Shown: in pieces, positions 28,145-40,222 of the stretch
Position numbering within the stretch: the stretch's first letter is position 1
Layout: each line of letters starts with the position of its first letter
DNA from: Eledone cirrhosa
Taxonomy: Eukaryota
DNA length: 64,000 nucleotides
Reading direction: 5' to 3'
Assembly: GCA_964016885.1 (NCBI GenBank)
Contig: OZ024744.1
Span: 75,268,001-75,332,000, forward strand
Position numbers and translations under genes: made by a program
Notes under the pieces: model-generated
The model's database searches: none
Told to the model about the DNA's origin: nothing
What the model saw: only the letters and a program-made list of their open reading frames with translations

Positions 28145-31100
28145 GAGTAGGATGTTTGAATGCACGTGGCCTGGGCTCAACTTGGAAGCAAGCAAAGCTT
28201 CTAAATGACCTCTGGTCACGTGGTATAAATGTAATGGTTATCTGTGAGACTCGGATCAGCGTCGTGCGGCAGCTGTCCCCTACCTTCGATGACTTTGAGG
28301 TGCACGCATCTCTCTGTCAACCTGGAGGTGGGGGTGGGGTTGTCGTACTGCTGGAAAAACACCTGGGTCTCGCCGTACAGGTTGTTCACTCGGACCCGGA
28401 AGGTCGTTTGTTGGTGCTAGACGGTGGCAGTAGTGGAGGTGCGGCCTTGAGACTTGTCGCCGTCTACTCCCCTTTCGGAGCTGAACGACTCGACTTCTTC
28501 CAGCGTCTAGAGACTTTTCTGGGAACGTCGCGTTCCCTGCTTCTACCGGGGGACTGGAATGACATCCTAGATGCACGTTGGGACTATTCAGGAGCATGTC
28601 CTAATGGAGGGGGTGTAACAACCTCAAGGGATTACTCGACCGTTTTAACTTGGTCGATAGATATCGACTAGATTTTCCAACTGTACCAATCTGGACTTGG
28701 ACGAACCACAGTGGTCAATCTAGATCGTATTTAGATAGATTCTTAGTTAGAAGTAAGGATAGGGACATATTAAGCTGTCCAGAAATGCTCACGGTTGGCT
28801 ATACAGATCACAAATTAGTGACCTGCGTAGTCAACCTCGAGAGAACACATAGACAGGGTCCCGGTTACTGGAAACTTAATTTGTCTTTACCGGCAAAAGA
28901 GGCTTACAGAGACCGAATTAGCAGATTAGTTAAGGAGAGGTTGCCGGGTGCAATCGTCAACAACCGATGGTGGGCATCTCTCAAAAGAGAGATTAGAACA
29001 GAATCAATAACTTATAGCAAGATGTTAGCTGCCGATAGGAATAGGAACGATAAAGAATTAACAGGTAAATTAGAAGAGGCAATCAAGAGCGAAGATGTGG
29101 CCAGAGTGCTGGCACCGAGGACAGCCTTGAGCCAGTTTTTCGATGCAAAGCACGAAGGCTGCGTCATTCGAAGTAAAATACGTGCTCTAGGTAATGAGGG
29201 GGCCAAAGCCGTTGGCTGGGCCCGCGTGACAGAAGCTAAGAGTGGAAATCGATCCACCATCCGGTCTTTGCAAGACGAGGATGGACGGGTTATCCGGGAG
29301 CCTAAGCAAATGTGCGAGGCCTTTCAAAGGCACTTTGCCCGATTGTTCGGGGGAGGCGAGGGTCCGGGCGGGGACGTGGATTTCGGTCCATACTTCGACG
29401 GCCTGCCGCGTCTCTCAAGCGAAGAGGCAGAGTCATGCGAGAGATCAATCTCGGCTGATGAGATCGGGGATGCGCTGAGCCAATGCAGCAGACGCAAATC
29501 TCCAGGTCTCGATGGTATACCTTACGAACTTTATTTAGCATTGCCGGTCTTCTTCTCTGGACTCCTCGAAGCAGTCTACTGCAATTGGCAGCAGAACGGG
29601 AGAAGTCCTTGTTCTGTAGCCAAAGGCGTAGTCTCGCTGGTGAGGAAGGACGAGAACAAGGGGATAGTATAAATAATTTTCGGCCCATAACCCTGCTAAA
29701 CACAGAGTTAAAGATTTTGGCCAAGGTGTTAGCAAAGAGGTTGACGCTTGTCGTGGGTAGCATTGTGGGAGATGCGCAGACATGTGCTATCCCATCCAGG
29801 TCCATTCACGACAACCTCCACCTCATGCGATACATCATAGAGAGGGTTGGCAACAAACCCGGCTTCGGTGAGGCCCTGATCAACTTGGATCAGTCTAAGG
29901 CGTTCGATAGGGTCGACCATGGTTACCTGGATGCGGTGCTAGCGGCGGCTGGGTTCGGTCCTGTTTTCAGAGGCTGGATCACTGCCTTCCATAGCAACCA
30001 CATCTGCTCTAGGATCAAGGTGAACGGCTACCTTTCGAAGCCGTTCGAAATCACACGATCCATTCGACAGGGGTGCCCTCTCTCCTCCCTTCTGTACGTA
30101 TTGACTCTCGAGCCTTTACTGAGGAAGTTGGAGTTGTTGCAGGGTATCCCCCTGGAACCAGGATTGAGCAAAGCGGTGTCGGCCTACGCCGATGACGTAA
30201 CAGTAATGGTATCGACCGACTCGGAGATCGAGACGATGGGTACCTTACTGGAGGAATACGAAAGGTTGTCAGGAGCGAAACTGAACCGGGAAAAATCCAT
30301 CGGGCTGCAACTCGGAACGTGGAGAGGCAGGCCGATGCCTCCCGACACTGGACGGAGGGCCTGGTGAAGTTGCTTGGGGGCTGGTTTGGACCGGACCTCC
30401 AGGTGGAAAAGAACTGGGCGAGGTTACGAGCAAGGTGTTTGCACTGACCCAGAAATGGCCCAAGTATAAGCTGTCCGTGAAAGGTAGCGCGGAAGTGGCG
30501 AACATTTACATAGCATCCATCACCTACTACCGCCTGACTGTCGTGCCTTGCCCTAAGGAAACACTCACCACCATGAAACGCGTGCTCTTTCAATTTCTTT
30601 GGAAGAAGCGGACTCCTATGGTGAGAAAATCCATCTGCTGCCAACAACCTTCGAAAGGAGGGCTGGGGATGCCGTGGTTGATGATGCGTAGGCAGGCATT
30701 ATGGCTACGGCACCTACAGGTATTCCTCACTGGTCAACCGGCGTGGGCTCCGTTCGTGAGACGAGCCTTTCCGAGACTCGTCTCGCTCACCGAGCTGCAG
30801 TCCTGGGTCAAGCAAAGATCCGGAAAACTGGGCGACTGGCACACTGAGTGTGCCCAGGCGCTCAGAGCTCTCTGGCAAGCGGACCCGGCCATCGGTGGAG
30901 AATCCACCTCGTCATTCTATAGAGGGCTGGTGGCTAGCAGGGGCGATGACACCCTTGGAGAGTCGCTGGACATGGAAGAGGACGAACTGGCCAGCCTGTT
31001 CGGTAGGACATTCGGCCCGGGACCAATGGACAACTTCCAGAAGTCACTGGCCTGGCAGTGCTACCGGGGGGCTCTACCCGTTCGAGAAAAGCTCTACAGA

Positions 31101-31552
31101 CACGGGCGCCCGGGCAGGGATCCCTCGAAAAAGATTTGCCCTAGATGCGTTCGTCACGAAGAAACCGTTGCGCACGCATTGGTGCACTGTCCGGGCGTGG
31201 CTGATCTGTGGGGCTACGCCGAACGACTGCTATCGTGGGTGGCGCCGATTCGATTGACCGCCGAGTCCGTGGTAACAATCAAGCCGCCTCCCCTCTTCAC
31301 AATGGAAGCAAAGGCGGTTTTCTGTGCGTAATAGCCATGTTGAAAGAGGTTGTTTGGTGGACACGATTGAAAGGTCTGAGGTCAGGCAACTTCCTCTCTG
31401 GCCATAGTCTGGTCTACTTCTTCCGATATCACTTCGGAAGAAGGATAAGAATGGAGAGAGAGGTGCTTGGCCACAGGCAGTTTTATGAAAGGTGGGTGAT
31501 AGTGGCGAGAATGGCTCGTGTAAATGGGCCTTCTCTGTATACCATCCTGTAG
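28132..31552 (+). pseudogene. Element 2 ORF2 (APE-RT-CCHC) with several frameshifts
   Basis: MDVLRVGCLNARG, GDWN, YTDH, GPGYWKLN, FRPITLLN, QGCPLS, YADD, CPRC...HC, ending VNGPSLYTIL*. Confidence 0.93.
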
Positions 31553-31806
31553 GTAAAGAAGTGAAGGAGAGGGGGGCACCTTCTCCATGTGCTCCCTGGG
31601 CAAAGGATTGCACACTTTTTCGGGGGTGTGTGCAACCCCCATCACGTCCCCTCGCTTTTGAGGTTGTTTCTGATTATTTTCATTTTATACCCTTTTTACT
31701 CGGTTTTATGTAAACTCCCCCTTTGTATTTGTCCCTTCTTTTTAAGCCTTTATGGTAAATAAAGAAATATATCTATCTATTTATCTATCTATCTATCTCT
31801 CTCTCT

Positions 31807-34800
31807 GCCTGACGCGTGGAACATCACCGGTAAGATTTTTTGTAAATTGATATGCGAAAAACAGAACAAATTGTTTGAAAAAACATATTATTTTGCAGAT
31901 TAACCCCCAAGCTAAATTGTCAGCAGGGTGGTAATCCAATTTTTCGCCCCTTTAGGGGCGAACATTTAATTTTAAAATTGTTTTAAAATATCAAATTTTG
32001 CCAACTATAAAACATGAATATCACGAAAGGAACGCTGGAGAACGTCGACAGAGAAAAGAGAGAGAAAGAGGCAGATTTTAACGTTATATCTGCTTCTGCT
32101 ACTATGGCCGTCGCCATAGATACGACTGTCAACAAAGAGAAAAAAATATTGCCACTTAAAGATTGTACAATTTCTACCGTCGAAGCAGAGAAAAATGAAA
32201 ACACAGGAATTAAACCCATTAACATACATACACATGATACACAGATACATCTACACATAAAGTTTCACCTCGTCAAGGAACTGAGATTTCCAACACCGAG
32301 GCTAACAACGATAACAACAACAACAGCAACACCACACAAAAAAAAATGTCTTTCCTTGAAACAGTGAACAAAAAACAAGATTTTATAAATCTTGACATCT
32401 CCAATGCAAGAGATATGCTCCAGCAAGGGAGAGAATTTGTAACTTTCGAAGAGAAGGGGGGGGGGGTTTAGAATTAACTCACCCCTTGAAATAAAAGAAG
32501 ACACAGTTCGAAGGACAGTGACCTTTAGGACTGTGTCCAATACCACGAGAAAGCCGATATTTTTTAGTCAATGAGATATAGAAGATACCTTGAAGGAAAT
32601 TCTAGCAAATATCGAATTTCTCTAACGAGAAAAACAGTACGGAAGTGTTTCCGTACAGTTTAAAAGCGAGGCACTTGCTCCAAAACATTCTGTGAAACCA
32701 ATAGTGTCATAAGTATTCACCTTTTTCCCTACATACATGGGAAAAATGACACAAAAAATAAAAATAAAAAATATACCCCCAAACATTAACATCTGGCTTT
32801 GGCTGGCTTTGTAGAGCCAGAAACTGATATGATTCTTTCGATACGAAAGTCTATTCGACAAAGGGGAGCGGGTGCTGATTTGGAGATTCTGTTGCAAACG
32901 AGGCCGGAGAGAATCTCCAAAATACCCGAAAGAGTCGTCATCGACAACAACAAAATAAACATTTCGGTAGAAGGGCGAAAAATTCCTTGCTTTCACTGTG
33001 GTAACACAGCACACCTAAAAGCCTCCTGTCCTTCACAAACACACCACAACATCATTAAAAAAACACTATTACCAACACCAAAACAATCACCACCACCACA
33101 TGTACAACAACAGACGAAACGAGCAATCACACCAAAAAACAAACAGCCACTCAACCAACAGCAACAGAAAAAACAGAGACAACACCCTGATGACCACAGC
33201 CCCACCCCATCCCACTCCATCAAACACTACCACAAACACGCACACCAAAACACCACCACCCCACAACATGCCCCTACCGCACATTCCTGAAGATGATTAT
33301 TCATCGACGGATGAAGCTGCTTCTCCTTCTTTAAATGAAGAAGAGGGAGAGCCGCGGAAATCTAAAAGACAAAAAAGAGACACCACAAAGCCCCCAAATT
33401 CCAATCACCAACACCAACACACAACCACAGACACAAACAACAACACACAACACCACAGTCAAACGTCCCCCTACCAGCAAAAGCAACACCAACACCACCC
33501 CAAACACAAGCACCCACCATAAAAAGAAAACTCCCGGACGAACAACAAACAAAAACAACACAACAAAAACACAAACAACAATACGCATACATCAAAACAA
33601 ACAACAAGAGTTTGATGGAGGTCATCTCCCAAAACCCCAAGGTGGAGACGGAGGGCAAAGCTTTCGCAAGGCAGAATCGTCTCCACACCTTAAACTTAGG
33701 GTTTCAATGGAAACCTATAATGACCTGAAAAATAAATGTTCACAGGACGTGGGCAACCTGGATGCGGTGCTAGCGGAAACCCATCAACCGCATCCTGTTA
33801 AAATGTATCCCCGCCCCACCCAACACCCCATTCAACACCCAAATGGAGATTGAACAACCGGATCTCCAGGAAACGAAAAGGTAAGTGCACCTTTCGTCCT
33901 TTTTCTCCAACTCTTCTTCACCAACATGGCTAGTTTACGAGTTGGAACTGTGAATGTGCGTGGCCTAGAGATGCCCTGGAAAGAGGGCCAACTTTTAAAC
34001 GACCTTAGGTCACACGGTATGGATGTGATAGCCATCACCGAGTCCAGGATCCACAACAGGCAGCAACTAACCCCTATCTTCGAAGACCTTGAGATCTACG
34101 CATCTCTCTGTCAGCCAGAAGGTGGAGGGGGAGTGGCTGTCTTGTTTCGGAAGAACCTGGATGTCGAAGTACAGCAAGTACACTTGGAACCGGAGGGTAG
34201 AGTGGTAGTCCTAGACATGAACAGTATTGGAGGTGGAGCCTTCAGACTGGTGGCCGTTTATGCCCCGACTGGGCAATCGCCATCACGGCCAGACTTCTTT
34301 AAGCGTCTAGAGTATTTCCTGAGAACGTCTCGCTCCTTACTTTTAGTGGGGGACTGGAATGGTATCCTAGATATACGATGGGACTATGTGGGAACATGTC
34401 CCAGTAGAGGGGTTTGCAACAGCGTCAAAACTAATCGGCCAATTCCAACAGGCCGATAGGTATCGACTGGATTTCCCGACTGCACCACAGTGGACGTGGG
34501 CAAACCGCAGCGGGATATCTAGATCGTATTTAGATAGGTTCTTCATTACAGAAAGGGACAAGGAGATGTTAAGCTGTCCACGAATGCACATTGTTGCCTA
34601 TTCAGATCACAAATTAGTCGTCTGCTTAGTCAACCGTGATATGACACATAGACAAGGACACGGATACTGGAAGCTGAACGTGTCGTTTCCGGGACGTAAA
34701 GCTTACATTGAACGGATAAGTAGACTAGTCAAGCAACAGTTAACGAGAGCCATCGTCAACAATAAATGGTGGTACTCTCTCAAGAAAGCAATTAGAATAT

Positions 34801-37560
34801 AATCGATAGGGTTTAGCAGAGAGTTAGCCTTAGAGAAAAACATAATAGAAAGAGAACTAGTAGCCAAGGTAGAGGAGGCACTTAGAAGTGGCAACGCGGC
34901 TAGAGTGTTAGCGTCGAGAACGGCACTGGACCAGTTCTTCGATCCGAAACACGAAGGCTGCGTGGTCAGAAGCAAAACACTTGCTCTAAGAAACGAAGGA
35001 GCGAAAGCTGTCAGCTGGGCCCGAGTGGCGGATGCAAAAAGTGGCAACAAGACCACGATTCGGTCTTTGAAATACCAAAACAGACGCGTGCTACTTGACC
35101 CCCAAGCAAATGTGCACGGCCTTTCAGCAGCAATTTGCGCGACTGTTTGAGCAGAACGACGGTGAGCGGAACGTGGCAATGGACTTTAGTTCATACCTCG
35201 ACGGCCTGCCACGTCTCTCGAACAGTTACGCCGAGTTATGTGAAAGACTGATCACGGACACTGAGATACGGGACGTTCTGGTCCGCTGCGGGAAACGCAA
35301 GTCACCCGGACTAGATGGTCTACCCTATGAGTTTTACATAGGCATGCCGGACTTGTTCTCTGGCGTCCTCGAAGCCGTCTACTGCAATTGGCAGCAGAAC
35401 GGGAGAATTCCCAGTTCTGCATGCAAGGGCGTAGTAACGCTGATCAGGAAAGACGAGAACAAGAGGGGCGAAATTAACAACTTCAGGCCAATAACTCTGC
35501 TCAACACAGAGTTAAAGATTTTGGCCAAGGTACTAGCGACGAGGTTGGCGCTTGGCGTCGAGAACCTGGTAGGGAAAGCGCAAACGTGTGTAATCCCGTC
35601 CAGGTCCATGCACGACAACCTCCACCTCATGCGATACATCATAGAGAGGGTGGTAGTAAACCCGGCTTCGGTGGGGCTCTGATCTGGATCAGTCTAAGGA
35701 ATTCGATAGGGTCGACCATCGATACTTAGAAGCGGTCCTCAAGGCGGCAGGTTTCGGTCCTGTTTTCAGAAGCTGGATCGAGGCGATGCACACCAGCACC
35801 TGCTCGAGCGTCAAGGTGAACGGCTACCTATCGGAGCCGTTCGCAATCACGCGTTCGATTCGACAGGGATGTCCTCTCTCCTCCATTCTGTATGTATTGA
35901 CTCTAGATCCACTACTGAGCAAATTGGAGCTGTTGCAGGGCATCCTTCTAGAACCGAGCCTGCGCAAAGTGACGTCGGCTTATGCCGACGACGTGACGGT
36001 TATGTTGTCGAGCAACTCGGAAATCGGGGTGATCGTCAACTTACTGAAAGAATACGAAACGCTGACGGGAGCAAAACTAAACCCGGACAAGTCTGTCGGT
36101 TTGTAAGTCGGTACGTGGAGAGGAAAACCGATGACATCCGACAGCGTCGTTGGACGCTGGACGGACGGACCGGTGAAATTGCTCGGGGTCTGTTTCGGTC
36201 CACACCTCCAGGTGGAGAAAAACTGGAACGAGGTCACGGCCAGAAGTGGGCAGAGTGCAAACTGTCCTTGAAAGGTCGAGCGGAGGTGACGAACACTTTC
36301 ATAGCGTCCGTCATCTACTACCCCTTGACTGTCGTGCCTTGTCCCCGTGAACACCTCGCCAAGATGGAACGCATGCTCTTCCAGTTTCTGTGGAAGAAGC
36401 AGGCTCTGCTGGTGAAGAGATCCGACTGCTGTCAACACCCTCCCAACGGAGGGCTGGGAATGCCGTGGCTGATGATGCGCAAACATGCCCTGAGGCTGCG
36501 GCATCTCCAGGTATTCCTCACCGACCCCCAACCGGTGTGGGCACCGTTTATGAGACAGGCTTTCCCACAGCTGTCTCGCTGACGGAGCTGCAGTCCTGCG
36601 TCAAGAAAAGAGCGAAAACGATGGGCGCCTGGCACATTGAATGCGCTCAGGCGCTCACAGTCCTCTGGCAAGCGGGCGCAGCAATCAGTGGAGACTCCAC
36701 TTCGACATTCTATAGAGGGATTGTACGTTACAAGGGCGACGACGGGCTCGGAGAGACTCTGGGCGTCGAAGACGATGAGCTCACCAGACTGTTTGGTAGG
36801 ACTTTGACTTTCCGCCAGGGACCTATGGACAACTTCCAGAGGTCCCTGGCCTGGCAGTGCTACCGAGGAGCTCTACCGGTTCGTGACAAGAACTACAGGC
36901 ACGGACGCCCGGGCAGGGATCCTTCCAAGAGGACGTGTCCAAGATGCACGCAGGACATTGAAACAGTCCTGCACGCAATTGTACACTGCCCGGGCGTAAC
37001 TGACCTGTGGAACTATGCAGAACAACTGCTGTCGCGTCCATAGTAAGGATCAAACCGCCAGCCTCTTTCAAAAACGAAAGAGAGGCGGTTTTTCCTCTGT
37101 ACGGTGGCCATGGTGAAAGAAGTTATATGGTGGACGAGATTGAGAGGTCTGAGGACAGATGCCTTTCTCTCCGGACAACAATTGATTCCCTTCTTTAAGT
37201 ATCACTTTAGAAGGAGAATCAGAGTGGAGAGAGAGGCACTGCACCCCAGTAAATTTACTGAAAGGTCGGTGAATGTGGCAAACATGGCCCGAGTGCTTGG
37301 GCCTTCTCTGTTTATAAGCCTGTAGGTTAAAGAAGAGAGCAAATGGAAGAAAGGGGCACTTGCACAACACGCTCCTGAAGTTGAGGGTTGTTCTGTCGAC
37401 GGGGTATTAAACAACCCATTTGTGGTGCTTCCCGCCTATTGGGGAGTTCGATTGTTATAATTGTTTGTTTTTATAGTTTTTACACGACTGTATGTAATAT
37501 CCACGGCATGTCTTTTTATTGTCTCCTTTTCTTGTGCAACCTTGTGGCAAATAAACAAAT
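31807..37560 (+). mobile_element. Tx1/L1-clade LINE, element 3 (full length, more decayed, divergent subfamily)
   Basis: ORF1 fragments with CFHCGNTAHLKASC; ORF2 fragments 33926-37325 (VGTVNVRG, GDWN, QGCPLS, YADD, CPRC); preceded by tatctatc/ctct and ending aataaacaaatatatctatctatct. Confidence 0.94.
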
Positions 37561-37572
37561 ATATCTATCTAT

Positions 37573-37750
37573 CTAGGGAGGATAACATTCCCGAGATCCA
37601 TGGACGAGATCTCTCCAGCGGTCTCTGTCCTTCATCATCGCCCTCATGTCCTGCGTCTCCCAGAGACCAGTGTCTATTCTTAGGGCATCAACATATGTCA
37701 ACCTCGGTCTCCTCCCTCTTCTAGTGTGTCCGTGTAGGGCGAATCCCACA
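37573..37750 (-). mobile_element. RTE-clade LINE extreme 3' fragment whose tail is (TAGA)n
   Basis: HGHTRRGRRPRLTYVDALRIDTG...MMKDRDRWR is a typical RTE C-terminus; the TAG stop runs directly into atagataga on the minus strand. Confidence 0.75.
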
Positions 37751-37809
37751 GGAGCACCGAACGCAGTGTCAACTCTGAATGTGGTGAGCATATCCAGCTA
37801 ATCTCAGTC

Positions 37810-37978
37810 TCCTCTGATGGCTGTTTCTGGACTGTCCAGAAATAGCCATCTGAGCGGCTTGAGCTCTGCTGTCGGGGTTAAACATTTTCTTATTACCCAC
37901 TCTACAACCCTAAGTATTGAGTAATCTGGTGCGTTCTGGTCCATCTGGTTCTTTACCACACTTCCTTCGTTATATATA
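37810..37978 (+). mobile_element. Penelope-associated terminal repeat fragment ending at (TA)n
   Basis: Reverse complement of 38685-38825, with a local hairpin ctgatggctgtttctggac/gtccagaaatagccatc. Confidence 0.6.
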
Positions 37979-38058
37979 TATAAACAGAAATAGCAGCACA
38001 ATCAGTACAGTATATGGAAGGTATATATTAGGTTAACGTTTGATATAACAGAAAGAGG

Positions 38059-38097
38059 GTCTTAACGTTTCGGACGCTAGTCCTTCATCAGAAAGAA
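38059..38097 (-). ncRNA. Minimal type I hammerhead-ribozyme-like motif
   Basis: Minus strand: tcttt CTGATGA a GGAC tagc GTCC GAAA cgtt aaga. It has the core boxes, a 4-bp stem II and a palindromic AACGTT stem III region. Confidence 0.65.
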
Positions 38098-38654
38098 TAA
38101 GAAATAAAATGTATTGAGGGGACGGGTGGGATGGAATTGGACAAAATGTTTTTAGATAAAAATGACAGGTCCATTCATGTCGACATCTCTTGCAAAACTG
38201 TTGGTGCTGGCGTTTTGTGTATGATTTATTTTTTAGAAAAAGTAGATGATAGAGCGCGTCTACCTGAAATGGAAAGAAAACCGTTTTGTAAAAAGAGCTA
38301 TACTTGAGCACGTGCGTAAGCATGTGTGTGTGTGTGTGTGGGGGGGGTTATTATAGGTCCGTACGAAGCTAAGAAAAATGTGTGTGTGTATATGTGAGTA
38401 ATAGAGTGTGTGTGCATGTAAATACGAAGCTATGAGCAAAAGTATGTTAATATAAGGGTGTGTATCGGCATGTATTAGTTGTAAGAGGAGCTGCTAATGA
38501 TTAAGAGAAAGCGATATATATATATATGATGTATATATATATATGATATATATGATGTATTTCTTTAATGCGTCGAAACATCAGCGACCCACAGCAGACA
38601 GTCGAAGAGCGGGAATTGTCCTTCTGTTTGAGTTTCTCTTACGTTTTCTAAACA

Positions 38655-38684
<30 letters not shown>

Positions 38685-38687
<3 letters not shown>

Positions 38688-40222
38688 ACGAAGGAGTTCT
38701 GGTAAGGAACCCGATGGACCATAATGCACCAGAGTACTCAATACTTAGGGTATTAGAGTGGGTAATAGGAAAATGTATGACTCCGACAACAGAGCTCAAG
38801 TCGTTTCGACGGCTATTTCTGGACTAAATTAGAATTGTTAGCCTGGTAAATAAAAAGCCGAACTTTTCAGGTGGTACTTCCTTATATGGGAAGATTGTAG
38901 ATCTCAAGAGGATTGGTCAAGATTTCTTGTAAACATAATTAAGTCTATCATTTCCCCCTGATCAACAGATGCCGAGAACGTAACGTGATCTACCAGTGCA
39001 ACGTGAGGACGGACACCTCCAACAAAGCTTATATAGGACTAACCGCTTGTGAATTTAAGACCCGGCTCTACCAGCACCGACATACGTTCCGAAACCCGGT
39101 CCCGCGACACGCCACTACACTTTCGGGCCACATCTGGGACCTCCAAGATAATAACATAACATACAATCTTACTTGGAGTTTACTGTCCCGAGCTAACTCC
39201 TACACGGGAGGACGCCGTCCGTGTAACTTATGCTCGGAGGAAACATTACAAATGATGCTTACTAAGGACCAACTCCTAAACAAAAAAGACGAACTGGTAA
39301 ATGCATGCAAACACCGACTGCGTAGGACTTACCTCGCCCTCAAACCCCTACGACCCGGGTGGGTACACAATGGCTGAAACATTCCACTTACCGAATAAGA
39401 TAGGGGAAACCCCAGCTTAGTCTCCTCCTATCACTTCCTTCCACTCCCGATCTTCTTCCTCTTTATTTGTTCTCCCTTTGCCTACCCCGAGGCAGCCATC
39501 GGGCCTCTGTAGCCCCAGTACCCCAACCCCAGTAAATTAAAGGTAGCATTGGCTGAAAACGCAATACTAACTAATCATAGCAGCTGTGTTAGGCTCCAGA
39601 GATGTTGTATTACTTTTTGCTACCCAATTCTATAATTTCAAAAATTCTTATTTAGTATCTTCTATTCTCAATTTATTAACCTATTCTATAGCATTGGCCG
39701 AAAAAGCAACGGTAACTAAATATAGCAGCTGTTTTAGACTCCACCCGGTTTTTGTTTTTTATCACTTCTTATTATCCAATTTTATATTTTTATTATCTTT
39801 CTCTTATTGTTTATTGTCTCCAAATCTCAATTGATTTACCTACTCTATAACGTCCCTCCTCGATTTTCTCCAGAACCCTTTTTCGCCTACTTTCCTCTAG
39901 CCTACTTTTATACACAATCCTTAGAATTTGCTGTATATATTTCACTTTCAATGCTTGACCGGCTCCACGCACTCCCTCATTGCTCTACAGGCAAGTTCAG
40001 CCCCCCCCCCCCCCCCCACACACACACACTGCCATGATAGACTTAATTGTGTTTACAAGAAATGTTGCCCAATCCTCTTGACAACTACAAACTTCCCATA
40101 TAAGGAAGTACCCCTTGAAAAGTTCGGCTATTTATTTACCAGGCTAAACATTCTAATTTAGTCCAGAAATAGCCGTCGAAACGGCTAGAGCTCTGTTGCC
40201 GGGGGTCATACATTTTCCTATA
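38685..40222 (+). mobile_element. Penelope-like element 3' part (GIY-YIG endonuclease) with an inverted terminal copy
   Basis: GIY-YIG ORF at 38985-39377; about 38765-38951 is the reverse complement of about 40035-40222; (TA)n lies at both outer ends. Confidence 0.8.
38985..39377 (+). CDS. GIY-YIG endonuclease domain of a Penelope-like element (5'-truncated)
   Basis: VIYQC...YIGLT..FKTRL..H..TF, TTLSGHIW.L, CNLC.EE, LLNKKDEL...CKH. Confidence 0.85.
   Translation: MIYQCNVRTDTSNKAYIGLTACEFKTRLYQHRHTFRNPVPRHATTLSGHIWDLQDNNITYNLTWSLLSRANSYTGGRRPCNLCSEETLQMMLTKDQLLNKKDELVNACKHRLRRTYLALKPLRPGWVHNG

Larger units (their letters stand above)
25953..31768 (+). mobile_element. Tx1/L1-clade LINE, element 2 (full length, ORF2 frameshifted)
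   Basis: 650-aa ORF1; ORF2 in collinear pieces 28132-31552; ends aataaagaaatata followed by (TATC)n. Confidence 0.96.

Noticed and set aside
21563-36671. Numerous antisense ORFs within the LINE array
   Set aside because: Shadows of the sense-strand coding frames with no recognisable motifs.
37326-37412. Apparently conserved peptide (RL[KR]KR...LL.[ML]RVV) appended to ORF1 after the putative splice in element 3 and copy A
   Set aside because: Frame is not kept in copy B and element 2 stops immediately; similarity is better explained by conserved 3' UTR hairpins.
20730-37560. Interpretation as an LTR element or a segmental tandem duplication
   Set aside because: No LTRs, integrase or protease; the units have APE-RT organisation and are clearly divergent from one another.
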